Shown: piece by piece, positions 19,228 through 27,531 of the stretch
Numbering within the stretch: position 1 is the first letter of the stretch
Layout of the letters: each line of letters starts with the position of its first letter
NCBI GenBank assembly: GCA_034927285.1
Contig: JAYFQF010000010.1
Coordinates: 23,032-87,031 of the forward strand
Direction of reading: 5' to 3'
DNA from: Peptococcaceae bacterium
GTDB lineage: Bacteria > Bacillota > Peptococcia > DRI-13 > UBA5745
Length of the DNA stretch: 64,000 nt
The notes under the pieces: generated by a model
Told to the model about the DNA's origin: nothing
Seen by the model: only the letters and a program-made list of their open reading frames with translations
Databases searched by the model: none
Made by a program: the position numbers and the translations under genes

Positions 19228-20148
19228 ATGCCTTATTCCCATAAAATGCAGAAAAGTCACCTCTACAGCGTCTTTTACGCTCCCCGGGGCCGGCAGCGCA
19301 TCTACGAGCTGGGCATCCAGCTTTCCCAGCTGTACTTAAGCCCTTTCGACCATATTATCGGCATTGTGGGTGAGCCCGGCTCCGGAAAAAGCATGCTGAT
19401 CAAAGGCATGTTTCCCGGCCTGGAACTGACCAACGACGACAACGGCGTCAATATCCGTCCCCTGCCCCTTTTAGAGCAGGATCAGGAGAATCTCTTTTTT
19501 GTCCCGCATACTTATCATGTGGACATCCGTTTCGAAACCGGCTTCACCCAAATGCAGACTCTGGCCGACGCCATCATGGAGGCGGTGCGGCGGGATAAGC
19601 GGGTGATTGTGGAGCATTTTGACCTGGTCTATCCCTTTTTGCCCCGAAACGCCGACTTATTGCTGGGCATCGGGGAGGAAGTGATCATCACCCGTCCCGG
19701 CCTCTTCGGCCCCGACCCCCGGGATCTCTATGAAAAGGTCAGTAAATCCCTGGCCATGCGCCTGATGGCCCACACCGCCGAAGACCTTTGCGAGAAATTT
19801 ATGCCTCCGGAGGAACTGGCCCGCTGCAAGCACGACGACGTCAAGCACGGCTTCATCCTGGCCTTTGAGGATAAAGAACCGGAGATCGACTTGGCGGAAC
19901 TGGAAGCCAAAGTAAAGGAAAGCATCGCCCAGGACCTGCCCATCTGCTATCTGGATGAGGAACACATCACCATCGACGGCGAACCCCACCTGTGCACCGG
20001 GCCCCGCACCCACGTGCCCCGGACCGGCATGATCAAAGGCTTCCGGCTTTTGCAGCATTTTATTCACGATGAACGCAACGACCGTTACCTGATGGTGGGG
20101 CTGGTGGGGGAGGATTCCCAAAGCCGGCTGGACATCATCAGTATGTAA
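19228..20148 (+). CDS. Uncharacterised P-loop protein (Walker A GEPGSGKS)
   Basis: 306 aa. Strong SD (AAAGGAGG) 5 nt before ATG 19228. VGEPGSGKSMLIKGMFPGLELTNDDNG gives a P-loop followed by a DD motif. I recognised no family. Confidence 0.6.
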   Translation: MPYSHKMQKSHLYSVFYAPRGRQRIYELGIQLSQLYLSPFDHIIGIVGEPGSGKSMLIKGMFPGLELTNDDNGVNIRPLPLLEQDQENLFFVPHTYHVDIRFETGFTQMQTLADAIMEAVRRDKRVIVEHFDLVYPFLPRNADLLLGIGEEVIITRPGLFGPDPRDLYEKVSKSLAMRLMAHTAEDLCEKFMPPEELARCKHDDVKHGFILAFEDKEPEIDLAELEAKVKESIAQDLPICYLDEEHITIDGEPHLCTGPRTHVPRTGMIKGFRLLQHFIHDERNDRYLMVGLVGEDSQSRLDIISM

Positions 20149-20750
20149 AACGTACGGGGACGGACCGGCCCTCCGGCAGGGCACGCAGCCCGGCCTGTGT
20201 TCATTCGGCAGGCAACGCAGCGGGACTGTGTTTACCGGGATTTAGTTATGTTTTTATTGCAAATCCCGGTAAATTTTCCCGGCCGTCTGTCGGGAAAAGA
20301 CATCCTATTATTTTATTCTTGCCCAGAGGACGAATTGCCGATATCCGCCCTCGATATCCTGTTTCTGTCTCCTCCGCAAGGGAAAACCAGATGTTCAGAG
20401 AGGCTTTACCGGGATTCGCTTTAAAAACATCGCATTTTTCCGGTAAACAAAGGTCATCAGCGGTGAGGAGTCCTTTCCTTGTCCTTATCCCCCTCATCCA
20501 GGTCCTGATCCCTGCCTTTTTAATCTTTGGCCTTTTCCAACCCTTATCCAGAGGAACGCAGCTTCTGCTTAACGCTAAAGCTCCGGCCCATCTCAACCAC
20601 GCCCTTATCCACAGAGCAGCAGCTACTGCCGGTCTTAATCAATCCTTTTGGTCACCCCGGCGGCGGCCGCCCGTTGATTCTTTGAGCATGATACGACGTA
20701 CAAATCATTCATCCCAGATAAAAAACCGCTATGACAAAGAGGATCGCCAA

Positions 20751-22430
20751 ATGAAAAGGACAGGCAGAAGAAAAAGGATATCTCCTGTAAACCGGACACA
20801 CCGGATCAGGCGAAACCGCCCGGCAAAGGAGGCTCGCCCGGCAAAGGAGGCTCGCCCGGCAAGGGGGGATCGCCCGGCAAAGGCAGCCTGCCGGCCCGGC
20901 AAGGCTTTCCCCCCAAACTGCCCCGCCGGCGAAAATCCCGGGGAGGAGTGCCCCAGCACTTTTTCCTTCTGGCCCCCGGTGGAACTGGACCAGCTCCTGG
21001 CCTTCCGGGACCGGCGGCAAGCCCTGCAGCGGAAGCTTCTGGCGGACTTTGGTTATCCCTTGATCGCCTTTACCATGAACATCCCGGGCCCGGTAAAGAA
21101 CTCGCCCCTGATCGAGCTGGCTTTTTCCCAGGGAATGGTCCGGCTGACGGAAGAGCTGGGCCGGCCGTTAGCCTGCCGCCGCCTGCGGGAAGCGGCGGGC
21201 TGCGCCGCCTTCCTGGTTTATGACCGGCCGGCGGCAGAATTGAAAGCCCTTTGCCTCAGGCTGGAGGATGAGATTCCGGCCGGACGGCTTTGGGATATGG
21301 ACGTATTGGACAGCCAGGGTGAAAAGCTGAACCGCCCCCAGCCCCGCCGCTGTCTGCTCTGTGGTGAGCCGGCCTTCGTCTGTTCCCGGAGCCGCCGTCA
21401 TCCCTTGCCGCAGCTTCAGGAGCGGACCCAAAGCCTGCTGACGGACCTGGCGGCATCGGTTTTATCCGCCGCCGCTGTAAACGCCTTGCTCTGGGAGGCC
21501 CGTCTGACGCCTAAGCCGGGCCTTGTTGACCGGCGGAATAACGGCGCTCACCGGGATATGAACCTGGCCCTGTTTGAAGTCAGCGCCCGGTCTTTGCATG
21601 ATTATTTTGCCCTGGCCTGCCGTCTGGGAGCAGCCCGTCGGGACTGTCTGCCCCAGTTGCGGCGGGCGGGCCTTGAGGCGGAAAAACGCATGCTGGAAGC
21701 TACCGGCGGGGTAAATACCCACAAGGGCGCCATCTATTCCTTCGGCATATTCTTGGCCGCCCTGGGCAGCCGGCTGCTGCGGGGGAGCCAGGTCTTCGGC
21801 CTGGCGGCCCGGCTGGCGGCGGAACAGGCAAGAACGGCGGAGGATGAGGAATCGCCGCCAGCCGAAGCCGCCTCAGGAATAACCGCGGCAAAGCCAGCGG
21901 CGGAATCACCGGAGGCCGAAACTGCCCCGGTCATAACCGCGGCAAAGCCGGCGGCGGAATCGCCGGCAGCCGAAGCCGCACTGGTACCCGGCCCGGCCTC
22001 CGCCGGAGGAAAGGCCCCTTCCCCTGCCAGTCACGGCCGCCAGGTTTATCTGCGCTACGGCCTGGGCGGCGCGCGGCAAGAGGCCATGGCCGGCTTCCCT
22101 TTGGCCCGCAGGGCCTGGAAGTTTCTCCGGAAAGCCGGCCCCCGGGACTGCGGGACGACGCTTCCGAAGGATAGTGCCGGTTTGAGGGCTTTTTTAGAAA
22201 TCCTTGCGGTCTGCAATGATACCAACCTGCTTTACCGGGGAGGCGAAGCAGGTCTGGCCTTTGCCCGGGAAGAAGCCAGGCGGCTCCTGAGGGTTCCGTC
22301 CCGCCGGCGGCTTGCCCTGCTGGAAGCCCTGGACAAGGAGTTTATCCGGCGGAATTTAAGCCCCGGCGGCTGCGCCGACATTCTGGGCCTGGGTTGTTTT
22401 TTGTTTCTGACGGAAAGGATCTGGAATTGA
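20751..22430 (+). CDS. citXG: CitX-CitG fusion: holo-ACP synthase (apo-citrate lyase phosphoribosyl-dephospho-CoA transferase) fused to triphosphoribosyl-dephospho-CoA synthase
   Basis: CitX part: LLAFRDRRQALQ...IAFTMNIPGPVKNSP...GRLWDMDVL...RRCLLCGEPA. CitG part: PKPGLVDRRNNGAHRDM...GGVNTHKGAIYS...NLLYRGG...SPGGCADIL. The start is uncertain: ATG 20751 gives a basic repeat-containing leader, and GTG 20978 is the alternative. Confidence 0.8.
   Translation: MKRTGRRKRISPVNRTHRIRRNRPAKEARPAKEARPARGDRPAKAACRPGKAFPPNCPAGENPGEECPSTFSFWPPVELDQLLAFRDRRQALQRKLLADFGYPLIAFTMNIPGPVKNSPLIELAFSQGMVRLTEELGRPLACRRLREAAGCAAFLVYDRPAAELKALCLRLEDEIPAGRLWDMDVLDSQGEKLNRPQPRRCLLCGEPAFVCSRSRRHPLPQLQERTQSLLTDLAASVLSAAAVNALLWEARLTPKPGLVDRRNNGAHRDMNLALFEVSARSLHDYFALACRLGAARRDCLPQLRRAGLEAEKRMLEATGGVNTHKGAIYSFGIFLAALGSRLLRGSQVFGLAARLAAEQARTAEDEESPPAEAASGITAAKPAAESPEAETAPVITAAKPAAESPAAEAALVPGPASAGGKAPSPASHGRQVYLRYGLGGARQEAMAGFPLARRAWKFLRKAGPRDCGTTLPKDSAGLRAFLEILAVCNDTNLLYRGGEAGLAFAREEARRLLRVPSRRRLALLEALDKEFIRRNLSPGGCADILGLGCFLFLTERIWN
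20819..20890 (+). repeat. 18-bp tandem repeat, 4 copies (CCCGGCAAAGGAGGCTCG)
   Basis: Copies at 20819, 20837, 20855 (diverged) and 20873 (diverged). In frame with the citXG ORF (RPAKEA units). Confidence 0.85.
21879..21974 (+). repeat. 54-bp tandem duplication inside the CitG domain
   Basis: ATAACCGCGGCAAAGCC(A/G)GCGGCGGAATC(A/G)CCGG...GCCGAA occurs at 21879 and 21933. It encodes ITAAKPAAESPxAE twice. Confidence 0.85.
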
Positions 22431-22546
22431 TTCCATAAAAAAACGCTTTATCGGAAAGCCTTTCCGGTAAAGCGTTTTCCCTTGTCTTCCGATGTCGGAC
22501 CGGCAGCGTGGCGGCCGCCGGTCCCGGCTCTCCCTGCCTCAAGGAA

Positions 22547-23902
22547 TTAAACAGGCTGCCGGCCTTTCCCCTCCGGATCTTCGGGCAGCTTCAGTCCGTA
22601 CAGGGCGATGGCGTTTTCCCGCAGAATACCGGCGGCGATCTCCTTGCACAGTTCCAGGTCGTAATGGCCGGAAGCGGCTTTCTCCGCCAATACTTCCGTC
22701 AGAATCTGCCGCATCATCCGGCAATGGGCGTAAGCCTCCTCCACATAGAAGCAGTCCCCGCCCCAGGTGATCTTGCTGTAAGGCACCGCGTCCAGGCTCT
22801 CCGAAAGATAGTTTTTCGTCAATGTCTCACAGATGACGGAAAGCCAGTTCAAGCTCAGATAAGCGTTAGGAATACTCTTGGCCATGGCGGAGGCCTGCCA
22901 GACCCAGGGGTAGCCGGAATGGAACAGGTCAAACCGGGTGTCCGGGTTGGCGTTGATCAGCTCCACCAGTTCATGGGGACCGTTCCCTTTTGTATAAAGA
23001 GAGCCAAAGCAGCGCATACCGGTATGAATCTCGTAGACAATATCATGTTCCCCCGCCTTTTTTGCCAGCAGGTAAACGATATAGTCCTGGAAGCTCCGGG
23101 CGTCCGCCGCCGACGCATCCTTGCCTGCCGCCCAGGCCCGGGCGGCTTTTTCCCGTCCCTGAGGCAGAAAGTTCAGATCCCGGTAATAGCCCAGGGTGGA
23201 TTTGATCCCATAGAAGCCCCGGGATTTTAAGGTGCTCATCAGTTCCGCCAGAAAGGCCTCATACTCTTCAAAGGTCTCGATTTTTATGCCGAACTTCTCA
23301 AAGACGGCGGTCCGGGCCCCCGCAAGATAGCCGAAGGACAAGAAGTCGGTGCGGAAAACCGGCTTGAACCGGTGATAGCCGGCCTTTTCCGGAGCAAAGG
23401 TTTTTCCGCCGCCCTGGCAGTCTCCACCCTTATTTTTTTCCAACAGCCACAGCTCGAAGTTGGTGGTCTGGCCTTTATCCAACAGGGAAACCTGGATGTT
23501 GGCCCGATCGCCCAGAACATAGTCGTACCACTCTTCTCCCTTGGCGGCGCTTTCCTGGGTGTACCGGGATAAAACGGCGTAATCAAGGGTAAGAATGTCA
23601 TCCTCCACTTGGTAAAGCTCCCGGAAGATCAGCTTCAGCACTTTGTAATATGTAGTATTCCGGGTCTTCCTTAGTCCGGCTCTGACTGCCCGCCACTTTT
23701 CCTCCGGGGAACCGGCTTTCGCCCAGTCCCCGCTGCCAAAGCCGGCGGACCTCAGGTCGTCCGTTATATACATGCCTTGAATCATTGACAAAATATTCCG
23801 TTTGTCCGTCTTCAGACAATGCGGGAAGCAAAAATGCTCGTGGGTATCCACCACCGGGATCCGCCCGATAAATTCCGCCAGTTCTTCATCATACCGCCCC
23901 AT
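22547..23902 (-). CDS. Metal-dependent amidohydrolase-superfamily protein (TIM-barrel hydrolase)
   Basis: 451 aa. IPVVDTHEHF N-terminal metal-binding motif. Substrate unknown. Confidence 0.6.
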   Translation of the reverse strand: MGRYDEELAEFIGRIPVVDTHEHFCFPHCLKTDKRNILSMIQGMYITDDLRSAGFGSGDWAKAGSPEEKWRAVRAGLRKTRNTTYYKVLKLIFRELYQVEDDILTLDYAVLSRYTQESAAKGEEWYDYVLGDRANIQVSLLDKGQTTNFELWLLEKNKGGDCQGGGKTFAPEKAGYHRFKPVFRTDFLSFGYLAGARTAVFEKFGIKIETFEEYEAFLAELMSTLKSRGFYGIKSTLGYYRDLNFLPQGREKAARAWAAGKDASAADARSFQDYIVYLLAKKAGEHDIVYEIHTGMRCFGSLYTKGNGPHELVELINANPDTRFDLFHSGYPWVWQASAMAKSIPNAYLSLNWLSVICETLTKNYLSESLDAVPYSKITWGGDCFYVEEAYAHCRMMRQILTEVLAEKAASGHYDLELCKEIAAGILRENAIALYGLKLPEDPEGKGRQPV

Positions 23903-24304
23903 AGGTCACGTCCTTTCCTTTGCCGATATCAACTGTTTTTCAAATATTCTCTTATCTTTGCGGCATTATAGCATCGGTGTGTCCTTTTGTAAATATTTTT
24001 TGACTTTGGAACAATTTAAGTTGAAATCGTTGTATAAAATTTTGAGGGATCAAAAATCCCGCTTGCCAAAATTCAGGAGATTTACCCTTAATCCTTCTTT
24101 GGATCCAGGAAATTCTCCGGATCTTTTTCCTGCTTTAACCAGTTTTCTTCAAAAAATATTCTGAATTATACAAAAAGGTTCCCGGCAGATGGGGGCGAAA
24201 AGGCGGCGCTTTCCTGTTATATTGTGAGCAAAGGAAAGAACAGCGAAGTTACAATTTAACGAAGTCACCATTTGAACCATCATTTTAAGAAAGGAGGAAA
24301 TTCT

Positions 24305-24415
24305 ATGTCCGCTTGGCTGTCGGCTTGGCCCCTCACCACCTTTATTCTGATTTACGCCCTGGCCGCGGTTGAAGTCCTGGTGGCCTACCTCATGGAGAAG
24401 AAAGGGAAGCTCTAA
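24305..24415 (+). CDS. Small single-TM protein preceding a solute:sodium symporter gene
   Basis: MSAWLSAWPLTTFILIYALAAVEVLVAYLMEKKGKL. AAAGGAGG SD 7 nt upstream. Below the track size cut-off. Confidence 0.55.
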   Translation: MSAWLSAWPLTTFILIYALAAVEVLVAYLMEKKGKL

Positions 24416-24484
24416 ACCGAACCCGCGAGAATGACTTTTGCATTCTCCCAAAAGCCAAAATTTTATATAGGGGGGTACGTAATC

Positions 24485-24970
24485 ATGATACTTAATTGGG
24501 TTCTGATCATCGGCACGACCCTGGCCACCGTCGGTTTTGCCGTTTTTTTGTCCAGGAGAAGCACGGCCGGCAGTCAGGGCGGAGTCACCACCGACAAAGA
24601 TTTCTTGCTGGCCGGCAAAACCCTCAGCGCCTTTACCGCCGCCGGTACTCTCTGCGCCACCTACTGGAGCGGTCACGCCTTCGTCGGCTCCGTGGGCACC
24701 GCTTACGCCTACGGCTACACCCAGATCATGGCCGGAGCTTCCTATGTCCCTCCCCTGGTTTTTGCCTGTATCTTCCTGGCCAAATTCTTAAAACGCAAAG
24801 CGGACAAAATGGGCTCCTTAAGCATTGCCGAGTACGCTTCGCAAATTCATGGCAGCGCCACCGTCCACACCATGTGTGCCTTGACCAACGCCTGTCTGAT
24901 GTTCGTTATGCTCATCACCCAGTTTAAAGCCCTGGGAACCCTGCTGAGCCCCATCCTGGGCATCGGCGGA
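24485..24970 (+). pseudogene. Truncated solute:sodium symporter (N-terminal ~160 codons only)
   Basis: MILNWVLIIG...ATYWSGHAFVGSVG...KMGSLSIAEYASQIHG...LGI. Symporter-like sequence then stops where the antisense arcA fragment begins. Confidence 0.7.
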
Positions 24971-24979
24971 GATTCCCCG

Positions 24980-25261
24980 ATAGTCCGGATGCTGCTGAAA
25001 AACATAGCGGCCGTAGATGGTCTCGCGTCCCCGGGCCCCGGTGCGCATTCTGTTTACGCATATCCCTTTGCCAATCGCACTTAAGGGGTCCCGGGTAAAG
25101 TACAGGTTGGGCATTGGCTCAAGGGCAAATTGGCGCCGGCCGGCCCTGAGCTCAAAAAGATGATTCCTGGGGTTTTGCTCCAGCTCCTGAACGCCGACTC
25201 CTGACATCGTCTTTAAAATCAGTTCTTTTTCATCCCGTATCCCACTAAAAAATTCCTTCAA
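24980..25261 (-). pseudogene. arcA: Internal fragment of arginine deiminase (arcA)
   Basis: ...FALEPMPNLYFTRDPLSAIGKGICVNRMRTGARGRETIYGRYVFQQHPDY matches the conserved central block of ArcA. N- and C-terminal parts are absent. Confidence 0.75.
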
Positions 25262-25268
25262 CTGTTTT

Positions 25269-25694
25269 TTATAATGCCTTGACCGTCATCAATAAAACGT
25301 TCAGAACGGCGATCACAGCATGGACTCCTGCGCTGTTATGGATTTGCCCCGCATACTCCGGAATGGACAGCGAGCCCATCTTATAGGCTTTTTTCTTCAG
25401 ATAATTCGCCAGGAAAATAACGGCAAACACTAAAGGAGGGACATATGCGGCGCCGGCCACCAGGCTGTTATATCCGAACTCCCAAGCCACGCCCACAGAA
25501 CCAATAAATGCGTACCCGCTCCAATAGGTAGCCACCAGGGTACAGGCAGCGGCAAATGAACCAAGGTCACGTCCCGCCACCAGGAAGTCTTCATCGGAAG
25601 TAATCCCGCTTCCCTGTTTGCCTCTGGCCGCGTACATCGCGATCACTACGCTGATTACGGTAACTACAATAACGATTCCCCAGGATAAACTCAT
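25269..25694 (-). pseudogene. Second truncated solute:sodium symporter paralog (N-terminal 141 codons, then stop)
   Basis: MSLSWGIVIVV...ATYWSGYAFIGSVG...KMGSLSIPEYAGQIHN...VKAL-stop. Paralogous to 24485-24970 but on the opposite strand. Confidence 0.7.
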
Positions 25695-25723
25695 GTGAAT
25701 TTCCCCTTCCGCTTATTTCTCCT

Positions 25724-25822
25724 TTACGTTCGCTTCTTCTTCCCATAGACAAAATAGCCAATAAAACACAGGATAAAGCTGATTCCAAACAAAACGATCA
25801 TTGCGGTTACCGGCCATGGCAT
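25724..25822 (-). CDS. Small single-TM protein preceding the second symporter fragment
   Basis: MPWPVTAMIVLFGISFILCFIGYFVYGKKKRT. AAAGGAGGG SD 8 nt upstream. Confidence 0.5.
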   Translation of the reverse strand: MPWPVTAMIVLFGISFILCFIGYFVYGKKKRT

Positions 25823-26136
25823 ACATTCCACCCTCCTTTCCGTACGAAATCTGATTTTCTCAAATCATCATAATTTTCTCGGTTTTCATGCTTCTATATT
25901 ACCGTATTCAAAAAAGTTTATCCGGTCTTTGGAAACCAAAGCCGTTGTATTTAACAGTATTTTTCTTTCGCCTTCCCCTTGTTTTTTTCCTTATTTTGAT
26001 TTCGCTGTGCCCGGTTTTTTCTTTTTGTCTTTAAACTAAATCCAAGTATCCCGGTTTTTTTTATCCGTTTTGCTCTCCTGTTTTTACAAAAATTTTGGGC
26101 GTTCTTGGGAGGTACGCCTTTCCGCCGGCATCCGCG

Positions 26137-26186
26137 ACAAAAACAAAAAGGCCGCCTTAGCTGTCTTTGAACAGCCCCGGCGGCCT
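26137..26186 (-). terminator. Rho-independent terminator after the AraC paralog pair
   Basis: Minus strand: AGGCCGCC...GGCGGCCT stem followed by TTTTTGTTTTT. Confidence 0.65.
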
Positions 26187-26216
26187 ATTACAACCTGTCT
26201 GCGGCAGGGGGAAGAA

Positions 26217-27470
26217 TCAAAATTTCTCCTGCAGGGTTACATTTTTTCGGAAGTCATTCGGTGTCATCACCATTATTTTCAGGAAGTTACGGGTAAATGT
26301 TTTATTGGAGTTATATCCCACCTCTTCTCCGATCTCCAAAACGCTTTTCGTCGAATCCAATAATAAAACACACGCTTTGGTTATGCGGATATAGTTCAGA
26401 AAGTCTTCAAAATTTCTTTCCACCTGATATAACAAAACTTTCTGAAGCTCCCTGACGCCTGTCCCGAAATGATTCGCAACGCTTTTTGCCGTAAGCGGCT
26501 CCGGGTAGTTCCGATAGATGTATTCCACTATGGTATATACCTTCTGGCTTTCCTTCACTTTGCAGATCTCGCCGATCCGTTGATAGGTCTTGCGGTATTC
26601 ATTTAACTTCATTCCCATGCGGGCTGAAAACACCTTCGAGATATGGGCGGCATCCACATACCCCATGATCTCAGCCAATTCATTTAAGGTCAAATCCGTA
26701 TACAGCAGAAAATTGATGGTTTTCCCCAGGCGCATTTCATTGAGCAGATCAAAAAAAGACAGGCCAGTAACTTGCGTGATATATTGCCGGATCACGCTTT
26801 CACTCAGGTAAAAAACCTTCGACAGCATCTTCAGGGTCAGTTTCTCACCGAGATGGCTATACATATATTGAAAAATTTCACTTCGATCCAAGGCGGCTTC
26901 CGCTTTTCCGGGAATAGCCCCGCTTTTTGAGCATGTCCGCATATACAGAACAATTAATTCGATGAGCTTTGCGGTAATATAAATACTTGCCATGCTGTTT
27001 TTGTTTGGTTCCGGCAGGGCTGCCTCAATCCCCACTTCATCCCGAAGACAAAGCAGCACCTCATGTACTTTTTTCTGCTGAATTTTATCACAGTACACAA
27101 CAGGATGTTTTCGCATTTCCTGAATAACATCCACCGGCTGGTTGTCAATATTAAAAAAGGTTTTCAGGATATGATTGATCGTATCAAAGCGATAGATCAG
27201 CAAATAATATTGTAAAGAATTCTCTACTTTAATGACCTCGCTGATTTCCCAGGGCAAAATAGAAACGATGGATCCCGGCTTCAGGCTATAGTCTTTATTT
27301 TGAATGCGGATAATTCCCTCTCCCCCGTTGATCAGCAAAAAGCGCGCGCTTTGATGAATCAACGGAGCAGTCGGAGCATTAATTACTTCAACGTTTAAAC
27401 CGCAAAGCATGCTTTGATCCAAACTGGAAGTATTGACGGTCTGCATCTGGATCACTTCGGTCACTTTCAT
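26217..27470 (-). CDS. AraC-family regulator with cupin-like N-domain and two tandem AraC-type DNA-binding domains
   Basis: 417 aa. First DBD approx residues 195-295 (LTLKMLSKVFYLSESVIRQYI...LTLNELAEIMGYVDAAHISKVFSARMG). Second approx 300-410 (LTAKSVANHFGTGVRELQKVL...VLEIGEEVGYNSNKTFTRNFLKIMVMTPNDFRK). Confidence 0.85.
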   Translation of the reverse strand: MKVTEVIQMQTVNTSSLDQSMLCGLNVEVINAPTAPLIHQSARFLLINGGEGIIRIQNKDYSLKPGSIVSILPWEISEVIKVENSLQYYLLIYRFDTINHILKTFFNIDNQPVDVIQEMRKHPVVYCDKIQQKKVHEVLLCLRDEVGIEAALPEPNKNSMASIYITAKLIELIVLYMRTCSKSGAIPGKAEAALDRSEIFQYMYSHLGEKLTLKMLSKVFYLSESVIRQYITQVTGLSFFDLLNEMRLGKTINFLLYTDLTLNELAEIMGYVDAAHISKVFSARMGMKLNEYRKTYQRIGEICKVKESQKVYTIVEYIYRNYPEPLTAKSVANHFGTGVRELQKVLLYQVERNFEDFLNYIRITKACVLLLDSTKSVLEIGEEVGYNSNKTFTRNFLKIMVMTPNDFRKNVTLQEKF

Positions 27471-27531
27471 TTCCCCCCTCCCGCTATTTATCCCCCTGTT
27501 TTATTTCCCGTTACTTACAAAGCCAATACGG

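Noticed and set aside
20605-20613. Isolated perfect DnaA box TTATCCACA in the citC-citXG spacer.
   Set aside because: A single perfect 9-mer is expected by chance about once every 130 kb of double-stranded sequence. Without neighbouring strong boxes it is not evidence for DnaA regulation; it is mentioned only in context.
20319-20750. N-terminal 144 codons of the 703-aa citXG track ORF.
   Set aside because: No homology and no RBS. This is an open frame running through an intergenic spacer.
20819-20890. Short tandem repeats considered as a possible CRISPR array.
   Set aside because: The units are directly adjacent 18-mers with no spacers and lie in frame within an ORF. No cas genes or repeat-spacer architecture occur anywhere in the window.
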